64,000 nt of DNA, from assembly GCF_009914755.1 (NCBI RefSeq), contig NC_060930.1; one strand, 5' to 3'. The DNA comes from the human T2T-CHM13v2.0 reference genome, Homo sapiens. The stretch's first letter is position 1. Every line of letters starts with the position of its first letter. A program made the translations under genes and the position numbers. Of this stretch, positions 63,045 through 64,000 are shown piece after piece. The notes under the pieces are model-generated. The model had not been told where the DNA came from and searched no databases. It saw only the letters and a program-made list of their open reading frames with translations.

Positions 63045-64000
63045 ACATGGCTGAATAGGAACAGTTCCAGTCTGCAGCTCCCAGGGTGATCAACGCAGAA
63101 GATGGGTGATTTCTGCATTTCCAACTGAGGTACCTGGTTCATCTCACTGGGACTGGTTGGACAGTGGGTGCAGCCTACGGAGGGCAAGCCAAAGCAGGGC
63201 AGGACATCACTTCACACAGGAAGCAGAAGGGGTTGGGGGATTTCCCTTTCCTAGCCAAAGGAAGCCGAGACAGACTGTACCTGGAAAAACAGGACACTCC
63301 TGCCTAAATACTGTGCTTTTCCAATGGTCTTAGTAAACGGCACACCAGGAGATTATATGCCACGCATGGCTTGGAGGGTTCCACGCCCACAGAGCCTTGC
63401 TCACTGCTAGCACAGCAGTCTGAGATTGACATGCGAGGCAGCAGCCTGGCAGCAGCCTGGCAGTGGGAGGGGCATCTGCCATTGCTGAGGCTTGAGTAGG
63501 TAAACAAAGCAGCCAGGGAAGCTTGAACTGGGCGGAGTCCACTGCAGCTCAGCAAAGCCTGCTGCCTCTGTTGACTCTACCTCTAGGGGCAGGGCATAGC
63601 TGAACAAAAGTAGGCAGAAACTTCTGCAGACTTAAAAGTCCCTATCTGACAGCTCTTAAGAGCAGTGGTTCTCCCAGCATGGCATTTGAGCTCTGGGAAC
63701 AGACAGACTGCCTCCTCAAGTGGGTCCCTGACCCCTGTGTAGCCTAACTGGGAGCACCTCCCAGTAGGGGTCGACTGACACCTCATACAGGCGGGTGCTC
63801 CTCTGGGATGAAGCTTCCAGAGGAAGGATCAGGCAGCAATATTTGCTGTTCTGCAATATTTGCTGTTCTGCAGCCTCTGCTGGTGATACCCAGGCAAACA
63901 GGGTCTGGAGTGGACCTCCAGCAAACTCCAACAGACCTGCAGCTGAGGGACCTGACTGTTAGAAGGACAACTAACAAACAGAAAGGAATAGCATCAACAT
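63045..64000 (+). mobile_element. 5'UTR of an L1PA element (probably about L1PA5), continuing beyond the window
   Basis: atggctgaataggaacagttccagtctgcagctccc... to ...aaacagaaaggaatagcatcaacat matches the L1PA 5'UTR; CpGs largely decayed. Confidence 0.9.

Noticed and set aside
63838-63873. 17-bp tandem duplication aatatttgctgttctgc
   Set aside because: As I recall, a normal feature of the L1PA 5'UTR consensus rather than locus-specific

Overview
Human (primate) genomic DNA, Alu-dense, recognisable from its proteins as the ZNF76-DEF6 locus (6p21.31, recalled, not looked up). On the + strand are all 13 coding exons of ZNF76 (ZNF143/Staf paralogue with seven C2H2 fingers; ATG 12233, TGA ending 26329, spliced CDS 1713 nt = 570 aa). 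Its first exon and promoter lie upstream of the window. About 1.9 kb after its AATAAA comes the complete DEF6 (IBP/SLAT) gene: 11 exons, ATG 28938, TAG ending 52492, spliced CDS 1896 nt = 631 aa. The rest is intronic or intergenic repeat: many Alus, MIR/L2, MER53, MER81, a nested L1M-in-L1M, a MER39-like LTR and the 5' end of an L1PA. Nearly all other ORFs in the track are Alu/L1 artefacts or antisense shadows. I found no evidence of a new gene or a new multi-component system. The best leads are regulatory and splicing hypotheses: a candidate poison terminal exon and a uORF cassette exon in ZNF76 intron 1, two stop-free in-frame ZNF76 introns, a WT1-KTS-like tandem acceptor, frame-compatible ZNF76-DEF6 read-through, a CTCF motif beside the DEF6 poly(A) signal, a fold-back Alu and an Alu-born minisatellite. 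Exon coordinates were hand-counted; repeat boundaries and subfamilies are approximate.
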